A stretch of DNA of 64,000 nt from Arsukibacterium tuosuense (GCA_945872065.1 CAMBYH010000005.1:10775-74774); one strand, 5' to 3'; positions 35,963 to 45,929 are shown, numbered from the stretch's first letter. The notes: generated from the sequence alone by a model not told the origin. A program made the numbers and translations.

Positions 35963-36510
35963 ACAGTGCGGACAACGAACCCGTCGTAGTGAGACGCGAC
36001 GTGGAGGGCCTGATGGTGCCGTCCGGCGTCCCCGTGACGCTCCCCATGGACTCCCTCGTGTACATCACCCAGGCCATGGGCGGGAGCTTTACGGTCTATT
36101 TTGAGGGAAACCTCGTTCGCGTCCCGGGCAAGGATGCGGATGCTCTGGGCAAAGAGTCTGTAACGCTGCCAGCACTGCCGGACGGTGCCACCGATGAGCA
36201 GTTCGAAGCGCTCGCCTGGGAGCAACTCAAGACCATCTACGACCCCGAGATTCCGATCAACATCGTGGAACTCGGCCTGGTTTATGAATGCGCCATTCGC
36301 CGCCTGCCCTCCGGGCAGCGCTCAGTCAACCTGCGCATGACAGTCACGGCACCAGGCTGCGGTATGGGCGAGATCCTGGTAGAGGAAGCGCGGCAGAAAA
36401 TCAGTATGATTCCAACCACCGGTGAAGTAGATGTGCAACTGGTCTTTGATCCACCGTGGAGCCAGGACATGATGTCGGAAGCCGCGCGGCTCGAAGCAGG
36501 CCTGATGTAG
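35959..36510 (+). CDS. sufT: SufT (DUF59/MIP18-family) Fe-S maturation factor
   Basis: C-terminal DUF59 block (IYDPEIPINIVELGLVY...MTVTAPGCGMG). ATG at 35959 overlaps the sufU stop (ATGA). Confidence 0.85.
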   Translation: MNSADNEPVVVRRDVEGLMVPSGVPVTLPMDSLVYITQAMGGSFTVYFEGNLVRVPGKDADALGKESVTLPALPDGATDEQFEALAWEQLKTIYDPEIPINIVELGLVYECAIRRLPSGQRSVNLRMTVTAPGCGMGEILVEEARQKISMIPTTGEVDVQLVFDPPWSQDMMSEAARLEAGLM

Positions 36511-36516
36511 CCAGAG

Positions 36517-37041
36517 GTGTCAGCAAGAATGCACCGTCAGTTAACCCTCCTCCGCCACGCCAAGTCGTCCTGGGACGACACCAGGCTCAAGGACGAGCAG
36601 CGACCGCTGAATGACCGGGGAGAAAGGGATGCGCCCCTGATGGGCAAGCGATTGCTCGCCCGGGGGGCGCGACCGACCCTGATCATCACCAGCCCTGCGG
36701 TACGCGCCCGCCGCACAGCCCAGATTGTCGCCCGGGAAATCGGCTTCCCCCTGGAATTCCTCCAGCGGGAAGAAGACCTTTATCTGGCAACGCCGGCGGA
36801 GATCATTGCGGTGCTGGGCAGGCAGGACGACAGCTACCGGGACGTGGTCGTCTGCGGACACAATCCAGGACTTACTGATCTCACCAACCAGCTGACAGGT
36901 GCACAGATAGATAACGTGCCAAACACCGGCGTCGTGATCATCGGCCTGGAACTGGAGAGCTGGTCTGACCTTGCTGGCGCCCAGGGTGAACTGCTGCTGT
37001 TCGATTATCCGCGTCGCGGAGTGGATTCCCAGCCGGCCTGA
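36517..37041 (+). CDS. histidine phosphatase family protein (SixA-like)
   Basis: LTLLRHAKSSW catalytic RH motif and a later GHNP. ~170 aa. Start is GTG 36517 or ATG 36529. Confidence 0.8.
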   Translation: MSARMHRQLTLLRHAKSSWDDTRLKDEQRPLNDRGERDAPLMGKRLLARGARPTLIITSPAVRARRTAQIVAREIGFPLEFLQREEDLYLATPAEIIAVLGRQDDSYRDVVVCGHNPGLTDLTNQLTGAQIDNVPNTGVVIIGLELESWSDLAGAQGELLLFDYPRRGVDSQPA

Positions 37042-37084
37042 GTCAACACAAATGGCGCTGCCTTCCGGGACGACGCCGTGCCGT

Positions 37085-38968
37085 CTACTCCACCATGCAG
37101 TCACAGTGGGAGTAGAGACCCCGGGGGTCATTGAATCTCGCCAGAAGCTGCAACTCCTTGTCCAGGCGTGCCATAACCTCCCGGGCCATCCCGCCGGAGT
37201 GGCTGCGCAAACCCGCGAACATGGCGCCGAGACCCAACCGCCCGGCCACACGCAGGCCCCGGGCACCAATCTCGACGGCCATTCGCTGCAGCAAGGTCTG
37301 CTCCGGCTCCAGGAAACGCAGGCTGTAGGTACCCTCCTCCAGGCCGGCCAGCGCAGCAGCTGCTGCCACGGCCTCATCGAGGCCTCCGATTTTGTCCACG
37401 AGACCCCGCTCCCGGGCATCTGCTCCGATCCAGACCCGGCCCCGGGCGATGGTGTCGGCCTGCTCGTAGGTCAGGTCGCGAGCCGCTGCCACCTTACTCA
37501 CGAAAACCCGGTACGCATCCTCGACACTAGCGGTCAGTACCCGACGGGCGTCCTCACCGAGCGGACGGTCCAGGCGCAGCTGCCCCGCGAGGCGCGTGGT
37601 GCCGAAGCCATCCACGTGGACACCGAGCTTGTCCAGAGTACGCGGCACGGTAGGCACCAGGGCGCCTACGCCAATGGAGCCGGTAATTGTCGTGTTACTG
37701 GCCCAGATTTCGTCAGCGGGCATCGCGATGTAGTACCCGCCGGAAGCGGCAACGCTGCTCATCGATGCGACCAGCGGCTTGCCATCGGCCTTCAGAGCCT
37801 CGAGCTCCGCAAAGATGACCTCGGAAGCAAACATGCTTCCCCCGGGACTGTCGATCTGCAGCACGACCGCCGCTACTGAGTCATCGAATCTGGCGCGGCG
37901 AATCTCGGCCGCCAGGGTATCGCCACCCACGACACCGGGTGCGGCTTCACCATCGACGATCTCACCAGCAGCCACGATCACTGCGACCGTGTCTCCGCTG
38001 CCTCCATCCTTAAGACTCTGCTCGATAGCTGTTGCCCGCACGTAGGAACGGAAGTCGATGCCATTGAAGCTGCCATCGTCGGCCTCGCTGTCGCCCACCA
38101 GGTCGACGAGGTAGACATCGACCTCCGGACGGCTCATAAGCTTGTCCACCAGTCGAGCCGAGACAGCAGCCCTGGCAGCATTACCCTGCTCCGCCTCCAG
38201 GCGACTGGCCAGATCGTCCGCATAAGACTGCAGAGCCCCCGGGGCCAGTTTGCGGGCTGTGGTTACCTCCCGCTCCCAGGCAGCCCAAAGCCCGTCCAGC
38301 CAGACCTTGCTGGACTGCTTGTCTTCCGCAGACATGTCATCGCGAATGTAGGGTTCGACGAAGGACTTGAACTCGCCGACGCGAAAGACATTGAGGTCAA
38401 CCTGGAGGTTTTCCAGGGCGCTACGGAAAAAGGTGCGGTAGTACTCGTAGCCCTCGAGATAGACCAGCCCCAGCTGGTTCATGATGACCTCGTCGGCCTG
38501 GGAAGCCAGGTAGTACTGATCCCGGGTAAATCCATCGCCCACGGCAATGACTTTCTTGCCAGCTGACCGCACCTTCTGCAGCCCTGCAGCCAGGGCCTGC
38601 AACTTCGCCAGGCCGCTGCCGGCATCCATTGCATCAAGATCGAGAACGACCGCTTTGATGCGGTCATCACTCACCGCCCTGTCGAGGCTGTCAGTCACAT
38701 CGCGCAGCAAGGTCTGGGGCGGGACGTCACCGCTAATCTCGGCGAGAGCCCGATCCAGCGCGCTACCCTCGAGCTGATCGACCAGGACGCCGGTGGGATT
38801 GATCACCAGGGCCGCTGATGAGGGCACGGAAAGGGACTCACCCACAGAGCCGGCGAGCAGCACCCCGAAGATGACCAGCAGGAGGATGAGATGGAGGACC
38901 CTGCGGATAGTGTCCAGTCCATACCAGATAGCCCGCAGCAGTTTGCCAAAGAATCGAAAGATGAACAT
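37085..38968 (-). CDS. sppA: signal peptide peptidase SppA, 67K type
   Basis: N-terminal TM and duplicated ClpP/crotonase-like S49 domains (SMSSVAASGGYYIA nucleophile region). Confidence 0.9.
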   Translation of the reverse strand: MFIFRFFGKLLRAIWYGLDTIRRVLHLILLLVIFGVLLAGSVGESLSVPSSAALVINPTGVLVDQLEGSALDRALAEISGDVPPQTLLRDVTDSLDRAVSDDRIKAVVLDLDAMDAGSGLAKLQALAAGLQKVRSAGKKVIAVGDGFTRDQYYLASQADEVIMNQLGLVYLEGYEYYRTFFRSALENLQVDLNVFRVGEFKSFVEPYIRDDMSAEDKQSSKVWLDGLWAAWEREVTTARKLAPGALQSYADDLASRLEAEQGNAARAAVSARLVDKLMSRPEVDVYLVDLVGDSEADDGSFNGIDFRSYVRATAIEQSLKDGGSGDTVAVIVAAGEIVDGEAAPGVVGGDTLAAEIRRARFDDSVAAVVLQIDSPGGSMFASEVIFAELEALKADGKPLVASMSSVAASGGYYIAMPADEIWASNTTITGSIGVGALVPTVPRTLDKLGVHVDGFGTTRLAGQLRLDRPLGEDARRVLTASVEDAYRVFVSKVAAARDLTYEQADTIARGRVWIGADARERGLVDKIGGLDEAVAAAAALAGLEEGTYSLRFLEPEQTLLQRMAVEIGARGLRVAGRLGLGAMFAGLRSHSGGMAREVMARLDKELQLLARFNDPRGLYSHCDCMVE

Positions 38969-38982
38969 ACGCTGGCTCCCGG

Positions 38983-40095
38983 CTAACCCGTGTAGCTGAT
39001 GCGGTAGATGACGCCGCGCTTGTCGTCACTGACCAGTAGCGAACCATCCGGAGCGACCAACAGATCGACGGGCCTGCCGAGGACTTCATCGTCGGCGAGC
39101 CAGCCCTCGATGAACGGTTCATAGGCCACGGCCTTGTTGCCCTGCAGCCGGACCAGAGTGACGCGGTAACCGGTCTTGCCCGCTGCCTTGCTGCGGCTCC
39201 GGGAGCCGTGTTCAGCAATCAGTATCTGCCCCCGATACTCCGACGGAAACATCCGGCCGGTGTAGAACGCGAGGGCTAGCGGGGCGACATGAGGACCCAG
39301 GTTCTGGATGGGAGCCACCGCATCGCTGCAACGGCCCGCCGACCCGAACTGCGGATCCACAATGGTGTCAGCGTGACAATAGGGAAACCCGAAGTCCAGA
39401 CCAGTCTTTGGCGCGTGATTCAACTCGCAGGGTGGCGTGTCATCCCCGAGCATGTCGTGGCCATTGTCGGTAAACCACAGGTCCTTCGACGCCGGATGCC
39501 AGGCGAGGCCCACCGCATTACGGACGCCCGTAGCAACGACCTCCCTCCCCGTGCCATCCGGATTCATCCGCAGAATTTCACCGAAACCGGGCTGCACACA
39601 GACGTTGCAGGGGGCGCCCACGGGAACGTACAGCTTGTTGTCCGGACCAACAGCCAGGTACTTCCAGGAGTGAAGAACCACCTTGAACGGCAGCGCAGGA
39701 TCGACTATCTCGGCGGGCGGCGCCTTGAGGGCTGCCTCTGCATCGGGATACCGGATCAGGCGCTTCTGCTCAGCCACATAGAGCGACCCCTTGTAGACGG
39801 CCACACCATTGGGCATGGCCAGGCCTTCGGCAAACCGCTCTACCGTGGGATTGGCCCGCAGTGCATTGCGTACCGCATACACCACACCACCCGACATGGT
39901 GCCCACGAAGAGCGTCCCCCCCTCACCCAGGGCGATTGAGCGCGCGTTGGGCACGTTGTCGATAAGAATCTCGGCACGGAAGCCCGGGGGCAGCTTCAGA
40001 AACTCAGCTGGCTTGCCGGGCGGTACTTCCGAGGCCACCGATGAGCAGCCCGCCGTCACGACCATCGCTGCCAGCAGAACGAGTACCTGTTTCAT
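38983..40095 (-). CDS. PQQ-dependent sugar (sorbosone/glucose) dehydrogenase-family lipoprotein
   Basis: Lipobox VTAGCSS. Beta-propeller family pattern (GLAWHP...LWFTDNG.D......P.ELN, DFGFPYCH, PHVAPLALAFY). Confidence 0.8.
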   Translation of the reverse strand: MKQVLVLLAAMVVTAGCSSVASEVPPGKPAEFLKLPPGFRAEILIDNVPNARSIALGEGGTLFVGTMSGGVVYAVRNALRANPTVERFAEGLAMPNGVAVYKGSLYVAEQKRLIRYPDAEAALKAPPAEIVDPALPFKVVLHSWKYLAVGPDNKLYVPVGAPCNVCVQPGFGEILRMNPDGTGREVVATGVRNAVGLAWHPASKDLWFTDNGHDMLGDDTPPCELNHAPKTGLDFGFPYCHADTIVDPQFGSAGRCSDAVAPIQNLGPHVAPLALAFYTGRMFPSEYRGQILIAEHGSRSRSKAAGKTGYRVTLVRLQGNKAVAYEPFIEGWLADDEVLGRPVDLLVAPDGSLLVSDDKRGVIYRISYTG

Positions 40096-40113
40096 TTAGC
40101 AAGGAGCTCCGTG

Positions 40114-41373
40114 TTAGTTGGGGAGAAGAGCAAGCGAGAGGCCTGGGACAAAGGTGATCAGGATGACCGCCGCAAACAGGATAAGAATGAATGGCAGCGT
40201 AGCCAGACAAACCTCCAGGACGGGCTTGTTGAACCGGTAACTTGAGATGTAAAGATTAAGGCCAATCGGCGGCAAGAGATACCCGAGCTCCATCGTGGCG
40301 ACGAAAATGATGCCAAGGTGAATCGGATCAACTCCGTACTTTGCCGCCACGGGCAGCATCAGGGGAACCACCAGCACCAGGGCAGAGAAAATGTGCAGGA
40401 TGCACCCGATAAGCAGGAGGAAGGCTATGAGCAGCAGCAGGAAACTGGTCTGATCCGTGATGTACCGCGTAACCAGCTCAATGAGCTGCTGGGGCACCTG
40501 GGCATCAATCATGTAGTTGGTCGAGGCCAGGGAGATGCCGAGGATCAGAAGGATGCCCCCGACCAGAACCATGGAATCCCTGACGATTGCTGGCAGGCGC
40601 CGCCAGGAGACCTCCCGATAGATCAGCATCTCGACGACTAGCACGTAGACCACAGTAACTGCGGCCGCTTCGGAAACTGCAAAGTAGCCGCTGTAGATTC
40701 CGCCCAGAACCACCACGGGCAAGGGTAGCTCCCAGATCGACTCGCGGATGGCACCCCGAACCTCCTGCCAGGAGAACTCGGCCATGGGTCGCCGGTTTTC
40801 CCGGTTCCGCCAGAGGCAGAAAGCAGCCAGCGCGAGCATCATCAGAACGCCTGGAACGATGCCGGCCACAAAGAGGGAGTCGATCGAAACCTCGGCAATG
40901 ATTCCGTAGATGATCAGGGGGAGCGACGGCGCAAAGAGCAACCCAAGGCTACCCGATGAAGTCACCAGACCCAGAGTAAACCGCTCGCTGTAGCCGGCCT
41001 GGACCAGGGCCGGAAAAAGCAGCGCGCCGATGGCAATAATCGTGACCCCGGAGCCCCCGGTAAAGGCCGTAAACAAGGAACACGTAGCGACGGCCACCAT
41101 AGCGAGGCCACCAGGCAGCCAGCCAATCAGGGCGGCGCTGAGACGCACCAGCCGCGCAGCGGCCCGGCTCTCACTGAGAACGAATCCCGCAAACGTGAAG
41201 AGCGGAATGGCGAGCAATATGGGCGTTTCGGCAATGCCGAAAATCTCAATCGGGACAGCCGTAAGGTCCACGCCCGTGCGGGCAAAGCCGAGTAGCGCTC
41301 CCGCCCCGATGATCGCAAACAGCGGCGCGCCAAGCACGGCCAGCAGCAGCAGCACCAGGCTGGTAAGAATCAT
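40114..41373 (-). CDS. TRAP transporter large permease (DctM family)
   Basis: 419 aa, ~12 TM, DctM-like blocks. ATGA overlap with the small permease gene. Confidence 0.9.
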   Translation of the reverse strand: MILTSLVLLLLAVLGAPLFAIIGAGALLGFARTGVDLTAVPIEIFGIAETPILLAIPLFTFAGFVLSESRAAARLVRLSAALIGWLPGGLAMVAVATCSLFTAFTGGSGVTIIAIGALLFPALVQAGYSERFTLGLVTSSGSLGLLFAPSLPLIIYGIIAEVSIDSLFVAGIVPGVLMMLALAAFCLWRNRENRRPMAEFSWQEVRGAIRESIWELPLPVVVLGGIYSGYFAVSEAAAVTVVYVLVVEMLIYREVSWRRLPAIVRDSMVLVGGILLILGISLASTNYMIDAQVPQQLIELVTRYITDQTSFLLLLIAFLLLIGCILHIFSALVLVVPLMLPVAAKYGVDPIHLGIIFVATMELGYLLPPIGLNLYISSYRFNKPVLEVCLATLPFILILFAAVILITFVPGLSLALLPN

Positions 41374-41891
41374 GCGGCATCCAGCCCGGCAGAGGGATTT
41401 GCGGGCCGGAAATGCCGGCGCAATCCGGCCAGATACCGGTAGGCGATCAGCGTGAACGCGACCGGGAGAATGGCCTGAAAGCCCCAGGCCGGCAATGTGC
41501 CAAGAACCTGATCGCCGAATTCCCTGGTTTCGGCAACAAAGCGCCAGGAGTAGAAGGCAAGTATGGCCGAGACGCCAGCGGCGAAGACATCAACCACCAC
41601 TGCGGCTGCACGTCGCCAGTTGGTCGGGAGAAACCTGGAAAGGAGGTCAATCCGGAGATGGACGTTATCCCTGCTGGCCGCAACAGCGCCCAGCATGGCG
41701 GACCACAGGACCAGCAGGCGCAGGGCCTCGTCAGCCCACGCCAGCCCGCCACCGAAGACACTCCGCAGAAGCACCTGATAGGCCGCAAGTCCGATCATCG
41801 CAAACAGGACCATTCCGAGCAGTGTGTTCTCAAGCCAGCGACCGAGGCACTCAGCAGGACCAGAGCCGGCAACTTGTGAGCGTGACTCCAT
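41370..41891 (-). CDS. TRAP transporter small permease (DctQ family)
   Basis: 4 TM (~173 aa). ATG at 41891 overlaps the stop of the binding-protein gene by 1 nt. The longer track ORF is inside dctP. Confidence 0.85.
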   Translation of the reverse strand: MESRSQVAGSGPAECLGRWLENTLLGMVLFAMIGLAAYQVLLRSVFGGGLAWADEALRLLVLWSAMLGAVAASRDNVHLRIDLLSRFLPTNWRRAAAVVVDVFAAGVSAILAFYSWRFVAETREFGDQVLGTLPAWGFQAILPVAFTLIAYRYLAGLRRHFRPANPSAGLDAA

Positions 41892-42925
41892 CACGGTGTG
41901 GCATTCGCTCCGACACCCACCGGTCGGTTCTTGCGATAGTCCTGCAGGTGCCCTCGAAGCTCGGCAAGAAGTTCTGCAGAGAAGGTCCCCCGGTTGGCCA
42001 TCTTGTCCATGGCCGCTGACACTGCGGCACGCCACTCAGGAATCTCAGCCACATTGGGCGACACGAACTGGAGGCCGTTCACCTTCAGCGCCTGTTCGGC
42101 CTTGGTGTTGTCAACACGATTCTCAACATCCAGTCGCGCGTAGAGGGCAGACATCACTTCACGGAGCACTGCCTGGTCAGCAGCGCTGACCTCTTTGAGG
42201 GCGCCCTGGTCAATCACCATGACACCAAGGGTATAGCTGAGCGGCTGGCGAGTGACGTACTTCGTCTTTGTGTACCACTGGAGAACGATTGCTCCGACAG
42301 GCGGCGCCGCAACGATATCCAGCAAACCGGTCTGGAGGCCCGTCAGTACGTCCGTGATGGGCAAGACCACCGGCGACAAGCTCAGTGATTCCATGGCAAC
42401 AAAGCTGGTCTGGTCGCCCTCCGGCACCCAGATCTTCTGGCCGCGAAGGTCGGCAAGGCCCGTTACCGGCTTACCCGACATGAAGTAGGCAAAGCCACCG
42501 CCAGCGAAACCGTAGGACGCAAATCCGGCCTTCTGAAGTCCGGCCGTCAACTTCTCGTCCATCTTCTTGCGGACGTAGTCCACCTCGTCCTGAGAGTTGA
42601 ACAGCATCGGCAGGCCGTAGAGCAGGATATCCGGATAGCGCTCTTCGAGGCCGTTGGAGGTGAACATCCCGCCCTGGAGCTGACCAATGCGGATCTTGCG
42701 CAGTACCTTCTTGTCGTTACCCTGAATGCCGCCGCCATAAAACTTGAGATTGACCCGACCCGCCGTGCGATCACGCACCTGCTGACCCGCGGCGCGCAAT
42801 TCCTTCATCCAGCCGGAGCCCTCTGGGGCCACGGTGGCAAGCTTCAGGTCGGTGGCGTGAAGAGTGAGCGGCAGGCAGGCAATCACTATCAGGCCTGCAA
42901 GGGCCCGGGACCAGGTGCGCTGCAT
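41891..42925 (-). CDS. TRAP transporter substrate-binding protein (DctP family)
   Basis: Signal peptide, then a DctP-type periplasmic binding pattern (LKLATVAPEGSGW..., FYGGGIQGND). Confidence 0.88.
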   Translation of the reverse strand: MQRTWSRALAGLIVIACLPLTLHATDLKLATVAPEGSGWMKELRAAGQQVRDRTAGRVNLKFYGGGIQGNDKKVLRKIRIGQLQGGMFTSNGLEERYPDILLYGLPMLFNSQDEVDYVRKKMDEKLTAGLQKAGFASYGFAGGGFAYFMSGKPVTGLADLRGQKIWVPEGDQTSFVAMESLSLSPVVLPITDVLTGLQTGLLDIVAAPPVGAIVLQWYTKTKYVTRQPLSYTLGVMVIDQGALKEVSAADQAVLREVMSALYARLDVENRVDNTKAEQALKVNGLQFVSPNVAEIPEWRAAVSAAMDKMANRGTFSAELLAELRGHLQDYRKNRPVGVGANATP

Positions 42926-42958
42926 TAGCGATTCATCCTCATTGTTGTGGGTGCGGAA

Positions 42959-43879
42959 TCAGAAGTAGTCGTTCGCCGCAGCCAGGAGTTCGGTTGCCTG
43001 CTTCTGGGCAAGTGTATTTAGCAGCGTGTAACCCTCCTGCCGGGGATCGGCCGCCAGTACCTGATTGAGGAGGGAATCATAGAGTTCCCGATCATAGACA
43101 ATCCGGGCATAGCCCCGGGCATACTCAACCAGCACGCTGAGGTCCCGACCGCCAGTGAGCTCGATGGCCTTTTCAAAGTAGGCCCGGCCCTGCTCCGGCT
43201 GGCCGCCAAGAGCCGGTGGACGGAGGGTATTGAGGATACCCAGATAGGCATTCACCGTGCCTGCCTCGTCGGGCGCGCCGATAACCAGCAAGCGGGTCAG
43301 TACTGCCTCGATACGGGGCAATCCGGCAATTGCCTCCCAGTCCTCGCTGTGAGTCCGGACGTAGGCCAGAGAGCCCACGGCAAAACTGAACAGGGCACCG
43401 GACTGGGCAGGCGTCACCTTCTCGAGCCGGTCGCCCAGGTCAGCAAACGGAACGGTCTCGATATCGCACGTGGCCGCGGTTGCAACACAAGTGGCCCTCA
43501 GTCCATAAACACCGGCCCGGCTGGCGAGAGTGGCGGCCCGATCGGGATCTGTAACGAAAACTACGGCGTAGGCCGAGTAAAGCCGGGCGGCTGCCCCCAG
43601 GACTGCCGGCGTGGCGTCGGGACTGGAGGCGAGGGAATCCAGCAACAGCAGGTAGGCGGGCAGGCTCTCCCGCACGAGCTCAGGGTCATCCTGATTGAGG
43701 ATCGCGGCAGAAAGATTGTCAGCCAGGTCACCGGCAGCTGAGCTGGCAATGCTGCTGCAGCCACTCAGGACCCCGGCACAGCACAGTCCTGCAAGAATGG
43801 AGAGCCTGGCGGGCGCAACGCAGGCGCCCGCCAGGCTTCGCAACACGCTAAACAGAGCACGCAGAAGCGGAATGCCCAC
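42959..43879 (-). CDS. TatT-like TPR lipoprotein (TRAP-T-associated)
   Basis: Lipobox VLSGCSS with an all-helical TPR-like body. Sits immediately upstream of dctPQM, as in TPR-protein-associated TRAP (TPAT) systems. First codon is GTG. Confidence 0.7.
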   Translation of the reverse strand: MGIPLLRALFSVLRSLAGACVAPARLSILAGLCCAGVLSGCSSIASSAAGDLADNLSAAILNQDDPELVRESLPAYLLLLDSLASSPDATPAVLGAAARLYSAYAVVFVTDPDRAATLASRAGVYGLRATCVATAATCDIETVPFADLGDRLEKVTPAQSGALFSFAVGSLAYVRTHSEDWEAIAGLPRIEAVLTRLLVIGAPDEAGTVNAYLGILNTLRPPALGGQPEQGRAYFEKAIELTGGRDLSVLVEYARGYARIVYDRELYDSLLNQVLAADPRQEGYTLLNTLAQKQATELLAAANDYF

Positions 43880-43897
43880 GACGCGCGCTCCGGGGCG

Positions 43898-44242
43898 TCA
43901 GACCTTCTCGCGAATCCGGGCAGACTTGCCGCTGCGATCCCGCAGGTAATAGAGCTTTGCCCTGCGCACAGCGCCGCGTCGTTTTACAGTGATCTCGGCA
44001 ACCGTCGGACTGTGGAGCGGAAAAACGCGCTCTACACCTTCGCCATGCGAAATCTTGCGGACGGTAAATGAGGAGTTCAAACCGCGATTGCGGCGTGCCA
44101 CCACCACCCCTTCATAGGCCTGGAGTCGCTCCCGGGTACCCTCCTTGACCCGCACCTGCACAACGACGGTGTCTCCCGGGGAGAAATCCGGTATGCCCGT
44201 CTTCAGGGCTTCCGCTTCCAGCTTTTCGATGATGTTTGCCAT
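43898..44242 (-). CDS. rplS: 50S ribosomal protein L19
   Basis: MANIIEKLE...[27 protein letters not shown]. Confidence 0.97.
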   Translation of the reverse strand: MANIIEKLEAEALKTGIPDFSPGDTVVVQVRVKEGTRERLQAYEGVVVARRNRGLNSSFTVRKISHGEGVERVFPLHSPTVAEITVKRRGAVRRAKLYYLRDRSGKSARIREKV

Positions 44243-44278
44243 GTCAAATAATCCCAGTGATCAGTAAGTCAAATTACT

Positions 44279-44297
44279 CTGCCCGACAGTCGGGCAG
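44279..44297 (-). other. intercistronic GC-rich hairpin between trmD and rplS
   Basis: Perfect palindrome CTGCCCGAC-A-GTCGGGCAG with no following U-run. Confidence 0.4.
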
Positions 44298-44305
44298 TAT
44301 TACCA

Positions 44306-45049
44306 TCAAGTGACACGCTGCTCGGCGCGAAACTCGTCCAGCAGCCTGCGATCTTCGTCACTGAGCTCCGTGTTGCCCAGCAGGTCAGGTCGTCGAAGGC
44401 TGGTCCGACCCAAAGCCTGTTTCCTTCTCCAGCGGCGAATCGCCTCGTGATTCCCCTCCATCAGCACGCGGGGAACGGGTCTGCCGTGGGCAACCTCCGG
44501 CCGGGTGTAGTGCGGGTAGTCCAGCAGTCCAGTGGCAAACGACTCTTCCTCCACCGAGTGCTCATCGCCCAGCACTCCGGGACGAAGACGAAGGGTAGCG
44601 TCCATGATCGCCAGTGCTGCAATTTCTCCGCCGCTCATGACGAAGTCGCCCACCGAAACCTCCTCGTCCGCAGCACTCTCTATCAGCCGTTCGTCGAATC
44701 CCTCGTAACGTCCAGCGACAAGGACCAGGCCAGGCAAGCCCGCATAGCGCTGAGCCGTCGCCTGATCAAAGGCCTTCCCCTGCGGGCTCAGAAACACGAC
44801 TGGACTGCCACTCGGAACCTGCCCGCGTGCAGCTTTGATTGCTGTCGCGAAAGGCTCAACCCGAATGACCATCCCCGGACCACCCCCGTAAGGCCGGTCG
44901 TCCACTGTGCCGTGCGGGTCGGTAGCGAAGGCCCGGGGATCTACCGGGGTGACCCGCGCCAGATTCCGCCGGATCGCCCGACCGACAACCCCGAACTGCG
45001 CCAGAGGCGCAAACATCTCAGGGAACAGGGTTACTACAGCCAAGTCCAA
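44306..45049 (-). CDS. trmD: tRNA (guanine37-N1)-methyltransferase
   Basis: VVTLFPEMF, DDRPYGGGPGMV, GRYEGFDERL, SVGDFVMSGGE. The first codon is TTG (no ATG nearby). Confidence 0.95.
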   Translation of the reverse strand: MDLAVVTLFPEMFAPLAQFGVVGRAIRRNLARVTPVDPRAFATDPHGTVDDRPYGGGPGMVIRVEPFATAIKAARGQVPSGSPVVFLSPQGKAFDQATAQRYAGLPGLVLVAGRYEGFDERLIESAADEEVSVGDFVMSGGEIAALAIMDATLRLRPGVLGDEHSVEEESFATGLLDYPHYTRPEVAHGRPVPRVLMEGNHEAIRRWRRKQALGRTSLRRPDLLGNTELSDEDRRLLDEFRAEQRVT

Positions 45050-45111
45050 GTCTGTTTCCTCAAACCCCGCTCCGTAACGAGGCGGCGTCTCAACTCCGGC
45101 TGGAACCCCGG

Positions 45112-45753
45112 CTAAAAATCCGGATCCCAGTCCACCGTAATCACACGGCGTGCGCCGTCGACGGATTCCACCACGCTGCCGTACAAGAACGGAATCAGGT
45201 GACGGTCTGCGCCAATGACAATCATGACGTCGTTAGCCCCGGTCTCGAACAACTGCTCGACGAAGCCAAGGCTGGTACCTTCCCGGGTTTGAACCTCCAT
45301 ACCCTGGAGATCGACCCAGAAAAACCGGCCACCTGGCGCACTCTCGCCGTCTGCAGTTCCAAGTTCCGGTCCAAGCGTTGACCGCTCAACTTCGATCTCA
45401 GCCCCGATCAGCGCCGCTGCGGAGTCTCGATCGTTAATGCCTGCCAGGGAAGCGACAACGCCATCTCCGTGCGCATGCCCGGCCGTAACCTTCTGCAGCA
45501 CTTCCCCGCCATTCTGGAGCAGGAACCAAGGGCTGTACTGCACCACGTTCTCCCGCGGCGAAGTGTAGGAATAAACCTTGACCCAACCACGCACACCGAA
45601 AACACCGGAGATGCGGCCTATGCCGATGCGCTTACTCAGGTCAGCTACTTGCGAAACACCAGGCCTTAGGCAGCTTTGGCCAGTGCCTGCTGCCGAAATT
45701 CCTTGACGAGGGCAGCGACCCGCTCGGAAGGCTGAGCGCCAACGCCCTGCCAA
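45112..45753 (-). CDS. rimM: ribosome maturation factor RimM (start codon uncertain)
   Basis: [19 protein letters not shown]... plus a PRC-barrel C-terminus. The only in-frame ATG/GTG/TTG upstream of the conserved N-terminus is TTG 45753, which overlaps rpsP by 88 nt. Confidence 0.85.
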   Translation of the reverse strand: MAGRWRSAFRAGRCPRQGISAAGTGQSCLRPGVSQVADLSKRIGIGRISGVFGVRGWVKVYSYTSPRENVVQYSPWFLLQNGGEVLQKVTAGHAHGDGVVASLAGINDRDSAAALIGAEIEVERSTLGPELGTADGESAPGGRFFWVDLQGMEVQTREGTSLGFVEQLFETGANDVMIVIGADRHLIPFLYGSVVESVDGARRVITVDWDPDF

Positions 45754-45929
45754 TACTCATAGCGACCCACATCCACCCGGAGTCGCTCTTCCGACTCCGT
45801 GGCAATCGGGCTGAAAAATCCGAGGCGCTCGATGTAGCGGCCATCTCGTGCGCGCCGTGAATCGCAAACAACGAGGTGATAGAAGGGCCGCCCCTTGGCG
45901 CCTCCGCGGGACAGACGGATAGTGACCAT
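45666..45929 (-). CDS. rpsP: 30S ribosomal protein S16
   Basis: [32 protein letters not shown]. Confidence 0.97.
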   Translation of the reverse strand: MVTIRLSRGGAKGRPFYHLVVCDSRRARDGRYIERLGFFSPIATESEERLRVDVGRYEYWQGVGAQPSERVAALVKEFRQQALAKAA

